64,000 bases of DNA. Source: Flavobacteriales bacterium (GTDB lineage Bacteria; Bacteroidota; Bacteroidia; Flavobacteriales; BACL11). Where the stretch lies: assembly GCA_965183885.1 (NCBI GenBank), contig OZ238992.1:1915159-1979158 (forward strand), written 5' to 3'. How positions within the stretch are numbered: the first letter of the stretch is position 1; every line of letters begins with the position of its first letter. Position numbers and translations under genes: made by a program. The notes below the pieces were generated by a model. The model searched no databases and was not told the origin of the DNA. It saw nothing but the letters and a program-made list of their open reading frames with translations. Below are positions 40,008-51,162 of this stretch, one piece after another.

Positions 40008-40802
40008 ATGATGAGAAAAATTACAAGCATTATTCTACTTACTTTACTTATTGCTTCTTGTGGAGAATATCAGAAAGTATTAAAAAGTGATGATTACAAC
40101 TATAAATACACAAAAGCTATTGCCTACTATGAAGCTGAAGACTATAATAGGGCACTTCCAATTTTTGATGAATTAGTTACAGTGCTTAGAGGAACTGCTA
40201 AGATGGAAGAGGTGAGCTATTATTATGCATATTGTCATTATTCTACTGGAGAAAACTTAATGGCAGCTTATTTATTTAATTCTTATTATAAATCCTACCC
40301 AAATAGTAAGCACACTGAGGAATGTAAATATATGAGTGCTTATTGTCATTATCTTGAAGCTCCTAATTATACTTTAGATGCAACAAATAATTACAAAGCA
40401 ATAAAGGAGTTGCAGAGCTTTATTGATGCTTATCCTAATAGCGAAAGAGTAGAAAAGAGTAATGAGTTGATTGATGAGTTAAGAGCTAAGTTGTCTTTAA
40501 AAGCATTTGAGAATGCAAGACAATACTATTTAACTGAGAATTATAAATCAGCAATTATTGCTTTAGACAATGTGCTTATTGACTTTCCTTCTTTTGATAG
40601 AAGAGAAGAGGTACATTTTCTAATTGTTAAATCTTCTTATTTATTAGCAATAAATAGTATCAGTACTAAAGTAGAGGAGCGTTTAAAAGCAACACTTGAT
40701 GCTTATGCTCAATTTACAGACAATTATCCTAATAGTACTTATTTAAAAGAGCTAGAAAGAACACATACAAAAACTTTAAAATCATTAAAAGAACTTAACT
40801 AA
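40008..40802 (+). CDS. bamD: Outer membrane protein assembly factor BamD (YfiO-like lipoprotein)
   Basis: 264 aa. Lipobox LIASC, TPR-like helices, and the conserved position upstream of rpoZ-coaBC. Confidence 0.82.
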   Translation: MMRKITSIILLTLLIASCGEYQKVLKSDDYNYKYTKAIAYYEAEDYNRALPIFDELVTVLRGTAKMEEVSYYYAYCHYSTGENLMAAYLFNSYYKSYPNSKHTEECKYMSAYCHYLEAPNYTLDATNNYKAIKELQSFIDAYPNSERVEKSNELIDELRAKLSLKAFENARQYYLTENYKSAIIALDNVLIDFPSFDRREEVHFLIVKSSYLLAINSISTKVEERLKATLDAYAQFTDNYPNSTYLKELERTHTKTLKSLKELN

Positions 40803-40808
40803 ATTATT

Positions 40809-41162
40809 ATGAAATTTAAAAACACCGGAGCACAGAAATCTACAATTACTAGAAATGTTGATAGTTTTGTTTCAAAAACAGATAACATTTTTAAAGCTGT
40901 ATCAGTAATGGCAAAAAGATCTTCTCAAATTAATGAAAAAATGAAAGAGGAGTTGATGGATAAACTACAAGAATTTGCTTTAACTCAAGAGCAGTTGGAT
41001 GAAGTTTTTGAAAATCAAGAGCAGATTGCAGTTTCTAAATTCTATGAAAGCTTGCCAAAACCTTGGGCAATTGCGATGAAAGAATTATTAAACGATGAAA
41101 TTTACATGCGTGATAATTTGCAAGAGGAAAAGGAAGAGGATGAATCAAACCAAGATGCTTAA
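40809..41162 (+). CDS. rpoZ: DNA-directed RNA polymerase subunit omega (Bacteroidota long form)
   Basis: 117 aa. KAVSVMAKRSSQIN-type core, acidic tail, and bamD-rpoZ-coaBC synteny. Confidence 0.65.
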   Translation: MKFKNTGAQKSTITRNVDSFVSKTDNIFKAVSVMAKRSSQINEKMKEELMDKLQEFALTQEQLDEVFENQEQIAVSKFYESLPKPWAIAMKELLNDEIYMRDNLQEEKEEDESNQDA

Positions 41163-42351
41163 TAGAAAGAAAGTATTACTAGGGGTATCAGCTAGCATTG
41201 CAGCTTATAAAACAGCTGAATTGGTACGTTTATTGAAAAAATCAGGAGCTTCAGTTAGAGTAATTCAAACTGAAGCTTCTTTGGATTTTGTAGCTCCCTT
41301 AACTTTAGCTACATTATCTGAAAATCAGGTTCTGAGTAAAATGGTTGACGCCGAAAGTGGTGAGTGGAATAGTCATGTTGAACTAGGTTTATGGGCAGAT
41401 ATTATGCTTATAGCGCCACTTACAGCAAACACTATGGCAAAAATGGTAAATGGGGTTTGCGATAACTTATTATTAGCAACTTATTTATCGGCAAAGTGCC
41501 CAGTTTATTTTGCTCCAGCTATGGATTTAGATATGTACAAGCATCCTTCAACGGCTAGTAATATTGTAAAGCTAGAGAGTTTTGGGAATATATTAATTCC
41601 TTCAGGATTTGGAGAATTAGCTAGTGGACTAGTAGGTGAGGGACGTATGGCAGAGCCTTCTGAGATTATTGAGCATATAAATAATGATTTAAATAAGAAG
41701 CTTACATTATCAGGAAAAAAGGTATTAATTACTGCTGGACCTACTCATGAAGCAATTGATCCTGTTCGTTTTATAGGAAACAGGTCTTCAGGAAAAATGG
41801 GAATTGCTTTAGCACTTGAGGCTGCAAGTAAAGGAGCAAAAGTAGATTTAGTGTTAGGGCCAACTCATTTGGACTGTAAGCATTCAAATATTACAGTACA
41901 TAGGATTGAGAGTGCAAGTGAGATGCATGATATGGTAAATATTCATTTTAAGGCTTCAAATATTTCAATATTTGCTGCTGCTGTAGCTGATTATACTCCA
42001 GAGTTAAAAGCAGTACATAAGATTAAAAAGAAGGATAGTAAACTAGCAGTATCACTAATAAAAACTATTGATATTTTAGCAGATATGTCAGCCAAAAAAC
42101 AATCTGGACAGTTTGTAGTAGGATTTGCTTTGGAAACTGAGAATGAATTGGAAAATGCTAAACAAAAATTAGTCCGTAAGAAATTAGATATGATAGTTCT
42201 TAATTCTTTAAACAATAAAGGAGCAGGCTTTGGACATAATACTAATAAAATAACTATTATTGACAAGCATAATAATAGTAGTAATTATGATTTGAAAGAG
42301 AAACAAGAGGTGGCAAGAGATATTATTAATAAAATTATTGAAATTAGCTAA
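41140..42351 (+). CDS. coaBC: Bifunctional phosphopantothenoylcysteine decarboxylase / phosphopantothenate-cysteine ligase
   Basis: The track ORF (41095) is over-extended. The likely start is ATG 41140 or 41155 (MLNRKKVLLGVSASIAAYK). CoaB motif ITAGPTHEAIDPVRFIGNRSSGKMG. Confidence 0.9.
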   Translation: MNQTKMLNRKKVLLGVSASIAAYKTAELVRLLKKSGASVRVIQTEASLDFVAPLTLATLSENQVLSKMVDAESGEWNSHVELGLWADIMLIAPLTANTMAKMVNGVCDNLLLATYLSAKCPVYFAPAMDLDMYKHPSTASNIVKLESFGNILIPSGFGELASGLVGEGRMAEPSEIIEHINNDLNKKLTLSGKKVLITAGPTHEAIDPVRFIGNRSSGKMGIALALEAASKGAKVDLVLGPTHLDCKHSNITVHRIESASEMHDMVNIHFKASNISIFAAAVADYTPELKAVHKIKKKDSKLAVSLIKTIDILADMSAKKQSGQFVVGFALETENELENAKQKLVRKKLDMIVLNSLNNKGAGFGHNTNKITIIDKHNNSSNYDLKEKQEVARDIINKIIEIS

Positions 42352-43259
42352 TGAGAAAAATTGTATTGTTTATTGTATTAATTGGTTTAACTAAGACTAA
42401 TCTTAGTGCTCAGGAGATATTATGTAATGTAAGAGTAAATGCTTCACAAGTGCAAACAAGTGATAGAAAGGTATTTAATACTATGCAAAAAACTATCTAT
42501 GAGTTTATTAATAATACTAAATGGACAAACACAAATATTAAGAATGAGGAACGTATTGATTGTACGATACTAATAAGTATTAATAAGAAGACTTCTACTG
42601 ATGAGTATGAAGGTTCTATTCAAATTCAAAGTACAAGACCTGTTTATGGAACTTCTTATAAGTCAACATTGTTTAATTATATGGATAATAACTTTAAATT
42701 CAAGTATTTAGAATATCAGTCTTTAGAGTTTTCAGAAGCAACACATATGTCTAATTTAACATCTGTTTTGGCCTTTTATGTAAATATTATATTAGGTTTA
42801 GATTTTGCGACTTTTTCAGAATCAGGAGGTAATGAATATTTTAATAAAGCTCAGAAAATTGTAAGTAATGCACAAAGTGCTGCTGAACCAGGTTGGAAAG
42901 CATTTGAAAGTGATAAGAATAGGTATTGGTTGGCACATGATTTATTAGACTCAAGGTATTCCTCTTATCAATCAGCAATGTATAGCTATCATAGGTTAGG
43001 GCTTGACTTATTAGCTGAAGAGCCTGATGATGCACGTTTTGAAATTACTCAAGCTATAGAAAGCTTAAAAGATATTTATCGTGAAAATGCATCGGCATTT
43101 ATATTAAAACTATTTTTTGATGCTAAGTCAGATGAAATAATTAAAATCTATTCAGAAGCTTTTTCAAATGAAAAAGCGAGAATTGTTAAAACCCTTGTTG
43201 AGATTGATCCTTCTCATTCCTCAAAATATCAAGCTATTACTAAATCTTCAGAAAAATAA
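42351..43259 (+). CDS. DUF4835-family protein
   Basis: 302 aa. Signal peptide, then EILCNVRVNASQVQTSDRKVFNTMQKTIYEFINNTKWT, the characteristic N-terminus of this family. Conserved coaBC-DUF4835-recN synteny. Confidence 0.75.
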   Translation: MRKIVLFIVLIGLTKTNLSAQEILCNVRVNASQVQTSDRKVFNTMQKTIYEFINNTKWTNTNIKNEERIDCTILISINKKTSTDEYEGSIQIQSTRPVYGTSYKSTLFNYMDNNFKFKYLEYQSLEFSEATHMSNLTSVLAFYVNIILGLDFATFSESGGNEYFNKAQKIVSNAQSAAEPGWKAFESDKNRYWLAHDLLDSRYSSYQSAMYSYHRLGLDLLAEEPDDARFEITQAIESLKDIYRENASAFILKLFFDAKSDEIIKIYSEAFSNEKARIVKTLVEIDPSHSSKYQAITKSSEK

Positions 43260-43263
43260 GTAA

Positions 43264-44904
43264 ATGATTAAAAGCTTGCATATTAGTAATTACGCTCTAT
43301 TAAAAGAGGTAAATATTAATTTTAAGGATGGGTTTACAGTAGTCTCAGGAGAAACAGGAGCAGGTAAATCAATTATGTTAGATGCACTTTCCCTTTTAAT
43401 AGGGAAGAGGGTGGAGCGTTTTTCATCTGATAAAAAGAATGCAGCTAAAAGTATTATTGAAGGTGTGTTTGAAATGAGTGATTATCATCATCAGTTTTTT
43501 ATAGATAATGACTTAGATTATGAGCTTAATACTGTAGTTCGAAGGGAGATAAATCAGAATGGGAAGAGCAGAGCTTTTATTAATGATACTCCAGTATTGT
43601 TAAGTACGCTTACAGCTTTTGGAAAGCAAATTATTGAAATACATGCACAGCATCAGTCAATTGTATTAAAAGATGAAATGGCTCAATTTTCTTTGATTGA
43701 TCAATTAGCTAAGTCAGAAAAAGAATTAAAGAATTATTTAATTGAATTTGCAGCTTATAATCAGTTAAAAAAGGAGTTAAGTAATATTAAAAGTAAAGGA
43801 AGTTTATCTTTAGCTGAGTTAGAATTTTTACAATTTCAATTTGATGAGTTGTATGCAGCCAATATAGTAGAGGGTGAGAAGGAAACTTTAGAGCAGGAGA
43901 TAGTTTTACTTGAAAACGTTGATGGAATTGCTTCAGCTATTGGTGAAAGTGAACATTTCTTGAACAATGAACAAGGTGTTTTATCTTCATTAAGTGCTAT
44001 TAAAAGAAGATTGCTAGAGTTTGATACGTTTTCTGAATTATCAGATAGAGTAGAGAGTGTTCTTATTGAATTGAATGATATTAATGCAAATTTATCTGAT
44101 ATAAATAATAGGTTAGAAGCAGACCCTGAACAACTTTTAAAATTAAATACTAGGTTGGATTTAATCAATAATTTACTTCAGAAGCATAGGAAATCATTTA
44201 TTGAGGAGCTTATTGATTTAAGGGATGAAATGGAGCAGAAGATTAATCTTTCTGCAAGTTTTGATGCAGTATTAACAACTAAGGCAAAGGAGTTGGAGGC
44301 ACAAATGCTAAAGCTAGAACAGGCTGCTAACCTTTTAACAGTAAAAAGAAGTAAAATTGTAAAAAAAGTAAAAAGTGATATTGAAGGGTTATTAAAGAAA
44401 CTAGGTATGCCATATGCTCAGTTTGATGTGTTAATGGAACAAATTGATACTTATCACTCATATGGGAATACTTCAATTTCATTTCAATTTTCAGGAAATA
44501 AAGGGAGTGCTATTCAAGAGATTTCAAAGGTAGCTTCTGGGGGTGAATTGTCACGTTTAATGTTAGCAATAAAGTACATAACTGCACAATTATCAAAAGT
44601 AAATATCCTTGTTTTTGATGAAATTGATACAGGAGTTTCTGGAGAAATAGCAGCATTAATGGGAGATATGATGAAGAAAATTAGTGTTTCAAATCAATTA
44701 ATTGCGATATCACACCTTCCGCAAATAGCAAGTAATGCTAATACGCATTTAAAGGTAGTAAAATCGGTAGTAAAAGATGAAACAGTGTCTGCTGTTTTGG
44801 AGTTAAATAAAGAGCAAAGGGTAGAGGAAATAGCAAAGCTATTAAGTGGAAAAAAAATTACTAAAGCAGCAATTGATAATGCTTTGGAGTTATTAAATCA
44901 ATAA
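43264..44904 (+). CDS. recN: DNA repair protein RecN
   Basis: 546 aa. Walker A GETGAGKS, long coiled coil, SMC signature SGGELSRLMLA, and Walker B LVFDEIDTG. Confidence 0.93.
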   Translation: MIKSLHISNYALLKEVNINFKDGFTVVSGETGAGKSIMLDALSLLIGKRVERFSSDKKNAAKSIIEGVFEMSDYHHQFFIDNDLDYELNTVVRREINQNGKSRAFINDTPVLLSTLTAFGKQIIEIHAQHQSIVLKDEMAQFSLIDQLAKSEKELKNYLIEFAAYNQLKKELSNIKSKGSLSLAELEFLQFQFDELYAANIVEGEKETLEQEIVLLENVDGIASAIGESEHFLNNEQGVLSSLSAIKRRLLEFDTFSELSDRVESVLIELNDINANLSDINNRLEADPEQLLKLNTRLDLINNLLQKHRKSFIEELIDLRDEMEQKINLSASFDAVLTTKAKELEAQMLKLEQAANLLTVKRSKIVKKVKSDIEGLLKKLGMPYAQFDVLMEQIDTYHSYGNTSISFQFSGNKGSAIQEISKVASGGELSRLMLAIKYITAQLSKVNILVFDEIDTGVSGEIAALMGDMMKKISVSNQLIAISHLPQIASNANTHLKVVKSVVKDETVSAVLELNKEQRVEEIAKLLSGKKITKAAIDNALELLNQ

Positions 44905-44907
44905 GTT

Positions 44908-44915
44908 TATATTTG
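44908..44915 (+). promoter_or_regulatory. -7 promoter box TATATTTG
   Basis: Exact TAnnTTTG match, 18 nt upstream of ATG 44934. The TTG 44913 start of the track ORF lies inside the box, so I reject it. Confidence 0.5.
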
Positions 44916-44933
44916 CACCCTAAAATAAATAAT

Positions 44934-45764
44934 ATGGCAAACAATATTTTAAAAGGAAAAAGAGGAATTATATTCGGAGCATTAGATAGTAAATCTATAG
45001 CTTGGAAGGTTGCAGAGCATGCTCATGCAGAAGGTGCAAAATTTGTGCTAACTAATGCGCCTATCGCTTTGCGTATGGGTACAATTAATGAATTAGCTGA
45101 AAAAACAGGCTCAAAAGTTATTCCAGCTGATGCAACATCAATGGATGACTTAAAAGCATTGTATGAGGCTGCAATGGAAGAATTAGGAGGAAAGATTGAC
45201 TTTGTGCTGCACTCAATAGGAATGTCTGTTAATGTGAGAAAAGGAAAAGCTTATTATGAGCAAAACCACGATTGGACTATGAAAGGGATGGATGTTTCTG
45301 CAATGTCATTTCATAAAACAATGCAAGCAGCTTGGGAACTTGATGCTTTAAATGAATGGGGGTCAGTAGTTGGTTTGTCTTATATTGCTGCTCAAAGAGT
45401 ATTCCATACTTATAATGATATGGCTGATAATAAAGCAATGTTAGAGTCTATTGCTCGTAGCTTTGGTTACCATTATGGTTTAAGAAGAAAAGTAAGAGTA
45501 AATACAATTTCACAATCGCCTACTGATACTACTGCTGGTAGTGGAGTTGCTGGTTTTGATGGGTTTTACAAATTCTCAGATGATTTAGCGCCTTTAGGTA
45601 ATGCTTCAGCTGATGATTGTGCAGACTACTGCATTTCATTATTCTCTGATTACACTAAAAAAGTAACAATGCAAAACCTTTTCCATGATGGAGGGTTCTC
45701 TTTTATGGGGATGAGTGCTGAAGTAATGGAGACTTATATGAAAACAGTAAATGAGAATAAATAA
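44934..45764 (+). CDS. fabI: Enoyl-ACP reductase (NADH), FabI type
   Basis: Start at MANNILKGKRG. GALDSKSIAW dinucleotide-binding region, the Y-x6-K context YNDMADNKA, and SQSPTDTTA. Confidence 0.88.
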   Translation: MANNILKGKRGIIFGALDSKSIAWKVAEHAHAEGAKFVLTNAPIALRMGTINELAEKTGSKVIPADATSMDDLKALYEAAMEELGGKIDFVLHSIGMSVNVRKGKAYYEQNHDWTMKGMDVSAMSFHKTMQAAWELDALNEWGSVVGLSYIAAQRVFHTYNDMADNKAMLESIARSFGYHYGLRRKVRVNTISQSPTDTTAGSGVAGFDGFYKFSDDLAPLGNASADDCADYCISLFSDYTKKVTMQNLFHDGGFSFMGMSAEVMETYMKTVNENK

Positions 45765-45790
45765 TATCTAATTATATTTTATAATAAAAA

Positions 45791-45818
45791 AGCCCACTCA
45801 TTTGAGCGGGCTTTTTTT
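45791..45818. terminator. Bidirectional hairpin terminator between fabI and clpC
   Basis: AGCCCACTC / GAGCGGGCT stem (one mismatch), flanked by an A-run upstream and a 7-T run downstream. It abuts the clpC stop. Confidence 0.75.
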
Positions 45819-48366
45819 ATTTGCTAGCACTAGTGCTGCTGCTAGAGGGTTTCTTTTTTCTAGGCTTGCTAATTTTCATTACAAGTTCCGTTTTTTCTTT
45901 ATTAAGACTAACCTTTATAGTGTCTCCTTCTTTTATCTGAGCATTAATAATTTCTTCTGATAACGGATCTTCAAAATATTTCTGGATAGCTCTTTTTAAA
46001 GGTCTAGCGCCAAACTTAATATCAAAACCTTTATCTGCAATAAAGTCCTTAGCCTCTTCAGTTATTTTTACAGTGTACCCTAAAGTATTTATACGTTTTA
46101 GTAGGCTGTTCATTTCAATATCAATTATTTTATTGATGTCCTCTTTTTCAAGTGAATTAAATACAATAATATCATCAATTCTATTTAGGAATTCTGGAGC
46201 GAAAGCTCTTTTTAATGCTTTTTCTATTACTCCTTTTGAATGGGTGTCAGAATTTTGTTTTTTGGCTGTAGTATTAAAGCCAATTCCTTGCCCAAAATCT
46301 TTTAACTGACGTGCTCCAATATTAGACGTCATTATAATAATGGTGTTCTTAAAGCTTATTTTACGGCCTAAACTATCCGTCATTTGTCCATCATCGAGTG
46401 CTTGAAGCAGTATGTTAAATACATCAGGATGTGCTTTTTCAATTTCATCTAATAGGATAACAGAGTAGGGCTTTCTTCTTACCTTTTCAGTAAGTTGCCC
46501 GCCTTCTTCATAGCCTATATATCCTGGAGGAGCTCCAACTAATCTGCTTACTGCAAATTTCTCCATATACTCACTCATATCTAACCTTATTAAGGCTTCT
46601 GATGAGTCAAACATTTCTTCTGATAAAGCTTTTGTAAGTTGTGTTTTTCCAACTCCTGTAGGTCCTAAAAAGATAAATGATCCAATTGGTTTTTCAGGGT
46701 CTTTTAATCCAACTCTGTTTCGTCTAATTGCTTTCACAACCTTTTCTACTGCTTCATCTTGTCCAATAATCTTACTCTTGATATTATTAGTCATTGAAGA
46801 TAGTTTCTTTCTCTCTTGAGAAGCAACTCTTTGTACTGGGATTCCTGTCATTATTGAAATTACATCAGCAACTATTTCTTCTGAAACAGTCTCTTTATTC
46901 GATTTTAATTCCTTCTCCCAAATGTCTTTTGCATGTTCTAGTTGAGCAGTTAATTTCTTTTCTGTATCCCTAAGCTCGGCTGCAATCTCAAACTTTTGTT
47001 TTTTAATAGCTGCTTTTTTATCAGTAGTTATCTTCTCTAGTTTTTGTTCTAAACTAGTAATATTTTTAGGAACAATAATGTTAGTTATATGTACTCTAGA
47101 TCCTGCTTCATCTAAGGCGTCAATAGCCTTATCGGGCAAGAAACGATCATTCATGTATCTGTCAGTAAGAATAACACAAGCTTTTATAGCTTCTTCAGTA
47201 TAACTTACATTATGGTGCTCTTCATATTTGAATTTAATATTACTAAGTATCTCTATTGTTTCTTCAATAGAGGTAGGTTCAACTATTACCTTTTGAAATC
47301 TACGCTCTAAAGCTCCATCTTTTTCAATATGTTGTCTGTATTCATCTAAGGTAGTGGCGCCAATACATTGTAGCTCTCCTCTAGCTAGGGCTGGCTTAAA
47401 CATATTTGATGCGTCTAAAGATCCAGAAGCACCTCCAGCACCAACTAAGGTGTGTATTTCATCTATAAATAAAATAATATCAGGATTCTTCTCTAGTTCA
47501 GAAATAATTCCTTTCATTCTTTCTTCAAATTGTCCTCTATACTTTGTGCCTGCAACTAATGCAGCTAAGTCAAGCATTACTATTCTTTTGTTAAATAATA
47601 CTCTGGAAACTTTCCTTTGTGTTATTCTTAAGGCTAGTCCTTCTGCTATTGCTGATTTTCCTACTCCAGGTTCTCCAACTAAAATTGGATTATTTTTCTT
47701 TCTTCTACTTAGTATTTGAGATACTCTTTCAATTTCTTTATGCCTACCAACAATTGGGTCTAACCTTCCTTCAATTGCATACTTTGTAAGGTCTCTACCA
47801 AAGTTATCAAGTACTGGAGTTGCACTTTTTGTAGTTGATTTTGGTTTTTCAGGAGTTGATGGTCCAAAAATATCATCATCATTCTCTGCTTCATCTCCTA
47901 AGTCATCTTCATGTTCCGATTTTATATCAAGATTATGTACTTCGTATTCTTCAAGTATAATTTCATAGCTTAAGTGTAAGTGTTTAAATGAAAGAGTAAC
48001 GATATTGTTTTCATCCAGTAGTATAGCTAGTAGTACATGAATAGTTTTTATTTCATCTTCACCTAAATTTTTACGTTCCATTATTGATTTTTTAAGAATA
48101 CGTTCAGTTTGTTTCTTAAAATTAATGCTGTCCTTGTCTATACTAGTGCGACTGTCTCTTTTTGTAATATTACTTTCAATAATTACTCTTAAATCTTTTG
48201 GGTCAATCCCTAAGCCTTTAAGTACATTTATTGCAGTACCACCTCCTTCACGAAGTATACCTAAAAAAAGGTGTTCTACACCAATACTCTCGTTGCCCAG
48301 TCGAAGTACTTCCTCTCTTACGTAGGTAAATACATCTTTCATTCTTTCTGAAAATCCAGTACTCAT
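45817..48366 (-). CDS. clpC: ATP-dependent Clp protease ATP-binding subunit (ClpC-type)
   Basis: 849 aa. Clp_N repeats, two AAA+ modules (GEPGVGKS and GPTGVGKT Walker A), a middle coiled-coil, and a basic/Ser-rich tail. Confidence 0.9.
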   Translation of the reverse strand: MSTGFSERMKDVFTYVREEVLRLGNESIGVEHLFLGILREGGGTAINVLKGLGIDPKDLRVIIESNITKRDSRTSIDKDSINFKKQTERILKKSIMERKNLGEDEIKTIHVLLAILLDENNIVTLSFKHLHLSYEIILEEYEVHNLDIKSEHEDDLGDEAENDDDIFGPSTPEKPKSTTKSATPVLDNFGRDLTKYAIEGRLDPIVGRHKEIERVSQILSRRKKNNPILVGEPGVGKSAIAEGLALRITQRKVSRVLFNKRIVMLDLAALVAGTKYRGQFEERMKGIISELEKNPDIILFIDEIHTLVGAGGASGSLDASNMFKPALARGELQCIGATTLDEYRQHIEKDGALERRFQKVIVEPTSIEETIEILSNIKFKYEEHHNVSYTEEAIKACVILTDRYMNDRFLPDKAIDALDEAGSRVHITNIIVPKNITSLEQKLEKITTDKKAAIKKQKFEIAAELRDTEKKLTAQLEHAKDIWEKELKSNKETVSEEIVADVISIMTGIPVQRVASQERKKLSSMTNNIKSKIIGQDEAVEKVVKAIRRNRVGLKDPEKPIGSFIFLGPTGVGKTQLTKALSEEMFDSSEALIRLDMSEYMEKFAVSRLVGAPPGYIGYEEGGQLTEKVRRKPYSVILLDEIEKAHPDVFNILLQALDDGQMTDSLGRKISFKNTIIIMTSNIGARQLKDFGQGIGFNTTAKKQNSDTHSKGVIEKALKRAFAPEFLNRIDDIIVFNSLEKEDINKIIDIEMNSLLKRINTLGYTVKITEEAKDFIADKGFDIKFGARPLKRAIQKYFEDPLSEEIINAQIKEGDTIKVSLNKEKTELVMKISKPRKKKPSSSSTSASK

Positions 48367-48558
48367 AATTTAATTGTTTTTATTCAACTTAAAATCTTTT
48401 GCAAGATATTGACTAAAATCAGACATTTAACAATAGCATTCCCTCATTTTTTTTAACAAATATTGTTCATAACTTAACTGTTAATATTTAGTGGTTTTAC
48501 TACCCTAAAATACGCAAATTTCTTTTATTTGTTACCTTAACGAAAAAAGATAAAAAAT

Positions 48559-51162
48559 ATGTCATTAGGAGGAGAAAAAATTATCCCTATTAATATTGAA
48601 GAGGAAATGAAATCAAAGTACATTGATTATTCAATGTCAGTTATTGTTTCTAGAGCTTTACCAGATGTGAGAGATGGATTAAAACCAGTGCATAGAAGAG
48701 TGCTTTATGGTATGCATGAATTGGGGATAAAATCAAATACAGCTTATAAAAAATCTGCAAGAATTGTAGGGGAGGTGCTTGGTAAGTTTCACCCTCATGG
48801 TGATACTTCTGTATATGATGCTATGGTTCGTATGGCTCAACCCTGGAGTTTACGATATATGTTAGTTGATGGACAAGGGAATTTTGGTTCTGTTGATGGG
48901 GATAACCCTGCAGCAATGCGTTATACGGAGGCTAGAATGCGCAAAACAGCAGAAGATATGCTGATGGATATTGATAAAGAAACTATTGATTGGAATTTAA
49001 ACTTTGATGATACCTTAAAAGAACCATCTGTTTTACCTGCAAGATTACCTGCTTTACTTTTAAATGGAACTACTGGTATTGCGGTAGGTATGGCTACTAA
49101 TATGCCTCCACATAATATTACTGAGGTTGTTAATGGTACGCTTGCTTATATTGAAAAAAGAGGAGACCTTGAAGTTTCTGATTTAATGGAGCATGTTAAA
49201 GCTCCTGATTTTCCTACAGGAGGAACAATTTATGGTTACGATGGAGTTCGTTCTGCTTTTGAAACAGGTAGAGGGCGTATTGTAATTAGAGGTAAAGTAC
49301 GATTTGAAGAAACTGCTACTAGAGAACAAATTATTGTAGAGGAGATTCCTTATATGGTAAATAAATCGAACATGATTAAGCAAACTGCTGATTTAGTAAA
49401 TAATAAAAAGTTGGAGGGTATCGCTGATATTAGAGATGAGTCGGATAGAAATGGGATGCGTATTGTTTATGATTTAAAGCGTGATGCAATACCAAACATT
49501 GTATTAAATAAATTGTATAAGTATACTGCTTTACAGTCTTCATTTTCAGTAAACAACATTGCTTTGGTTAAGGGTAGGCCACAGTTACTAAACTTAAAAG
49601 AATTGATTGGTCATTTTGTTGATCATAGACATGAAGTACTTATTCGTAAAACAAAGTATGAATTAGCAGCTGCTGAAAAAAGAGCTCATATTTTAGAAGG
49701 TTTACTTATTGCATTGGATAATTTAGATGCAGTAATTAAGTTAATTCGTTCTTCTCGTACTCCTGAGGATGCAAGAAACGGATTAATGTCTAACTTTAAA
49801 TTATCAGAAGTACAATCTAGGGCAATACTTGATTTAAGATTGCAGAAACTTACTGGGTTAGAAATGGATAAGATTAAAGCTGAACATGCTGAGATTATGG
49901 AAAGAATTAAGCATTTAAACTTAATCTTATCTGATGAAAATTTAAGATACACGATACTTTCTGACGATTTAAAAGAAGTTAGAGAAAAGTATGGTGATGA
50001 TAGAAGATCAACTATTGAGTATTCTTCATCAGAGGTTAGTATAGAAGATATGATACCAAATGAGGAAGTATTAATTACTATTTCTCATTTAGGTTATGTT
50101 AAAAGAACTTCATTATCAGAATATAAAGCACAAGGTAGAGGAGGAGTTGGTAGTAGAGGAGCAACTACTAGAGATGAAGACTTTGTAGAAGAAATGGTAA
50201 TGGCAAATAATCATGATTATATGCTATTCTTTACTGAGCAAGGAAGATGTTTCTGGTTAAAAGTATATGAAATTCCTGAAGGAGGTAAAACTGCAAAAGG
50301 TAGGGCAATACAAAACATGATTAATCTTCCTAAGGATGATAAAGTTATGGCTTATATTACTACTAAGGATTTAAAAGATGAAGAATATATTAACTCTCAC
50401 TATATAGTAATGTGTACTAAAAAAGGGGTTATTAAAAAGACATCATTAGAGGCATATTCAAGACCAAGAACTAATGGTATTAATGCAATTACTATTCGTG
50501 AAGGAGATCAATTATTAGAAGCAAAAATGACTACTGGTAATTCTCAAATTATGATGGCAGTTAAATCTGGTAAGTCTATTCGATTTGAAGAAGAAAAAGT
50601 AAGGTCAATGGGGCGTACTGCTGCTGGAGTTAGAGGAATTACTTTAGGTAGTGATACTGATGAAGTTGTAGGAATGATATGTGTTAATGATTTAGAATCA
50701 AATGTATTAGTAGTTTCTGAAAATGGATACGGAAAACGTTCAGCTGTTGAAGATTATAGAATAACAAATAGAGGAGGAAAAGGAGTTAAAACTATTAATG
50801 TAACAGAGAAAACAGGAAATCTTATTGCTCTTAAAAATGTAACTGATGCTGATGATTTAATGGTAATTAATAAATCAGGAATTACAATTAGAATAGGAGT
50901 GGACACGTTAAGAGTAATGGGTAGAGCTACTCAGGGAGTAAAAATAATAAGACTAAGAGATGAAGACAGTATAGCATCTGTTGCTAAAGTATCTAAATGG
51001 GAGGAAGAGGAAGAAGAAACGGTACTTTTAGATGAACATGGTAATGTTATTGAAGCAGAGGGAATTATAGAGGGTGAGGCTACTGCTGAAACTAAGAGTG
51101 AAGCAACTACTACAGAAGAGAATAATGATAATCAAAAAGATGAAGAAAATGAAGAAAATTAA
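48559..51162 (+). CDS. gyrA: DNA gyrase subunit A
   Basis: 867 aa. [21 protein letters not shown], catalytic Tyr context [11 protein letters not shown]-terminal beta-pinwheel, and a long acidic tail. Confidence 0.96.
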   Translation: MSLGGEKIIPINIEEEMKSKYIDYSMSVIVSRALPDVRDGLKPVHRRVLYGMHELGIKSNTAYKKSARIVGEVLGKFHPHGDTSVYDAMVRMAQPWSLRYMLVDGQGNFGSVDGDNPAAMRYTEARMRKTAEDMLMDIDKETIDWNLNFDDTLKEPSVLPARLPALLLNGTTGIAVGMATNMPPHNITEVVNGTLAYIEKRGDLEVSDLMEHVKAPDFPTGGTIYGYDGVRSAFETGRGRIVIRGKVRFEETATREQIIVEEIPYMVNKSNMIKQTADLVNNKKLEGIADIRDESDRNGMRIVYDLKRDAIPNIVLNKLYKYTALQSSFSVNNIALVKGRPQLLNLKELIGHFVDHRHEVLIRKTKYELAAAEKRAHILEGLLIALDNLDAVIKLIRSSRTPEDARNGLMSNFKLSEVQSRAILDLRLQKLTGLEMDKIKAEHAEIMERIKHLNLILSDENLRYTILSDDLKEVREKYGDDRRSTIEYSSSEVSIEDMIPNEEVLITISHLGYVKRTSLSEYKAQGRGGVGSRGATTRDEDFVEEMVMANNHDYMLFFTEQGRCFWLKVYEIPEGGKTAKGRAIQNMINLPKDDKVMAYITTKDLKDEEYINSHYIVMCTKKGVIKKTSLEAYSRPRTNGINAITIREGDQLLEAKMTTGNSQIMMAVKSGKSIRFEEEKVRSMGRTAAGVRGITLGSDTDEVVGMICVNDLESNVLVVSENGYGKRSAVEDYRITNRGGKGVKTINVTEKTGNLIALKNVTDADDLMVINKSGITIRIGVDTLRVMGRATQGVKIIRLRDEDSIASVAKVSKWEEEEEETVLLDEHGNVIEAEGIIEGEATAETKSEATTTEENNDNQKDEENEEN

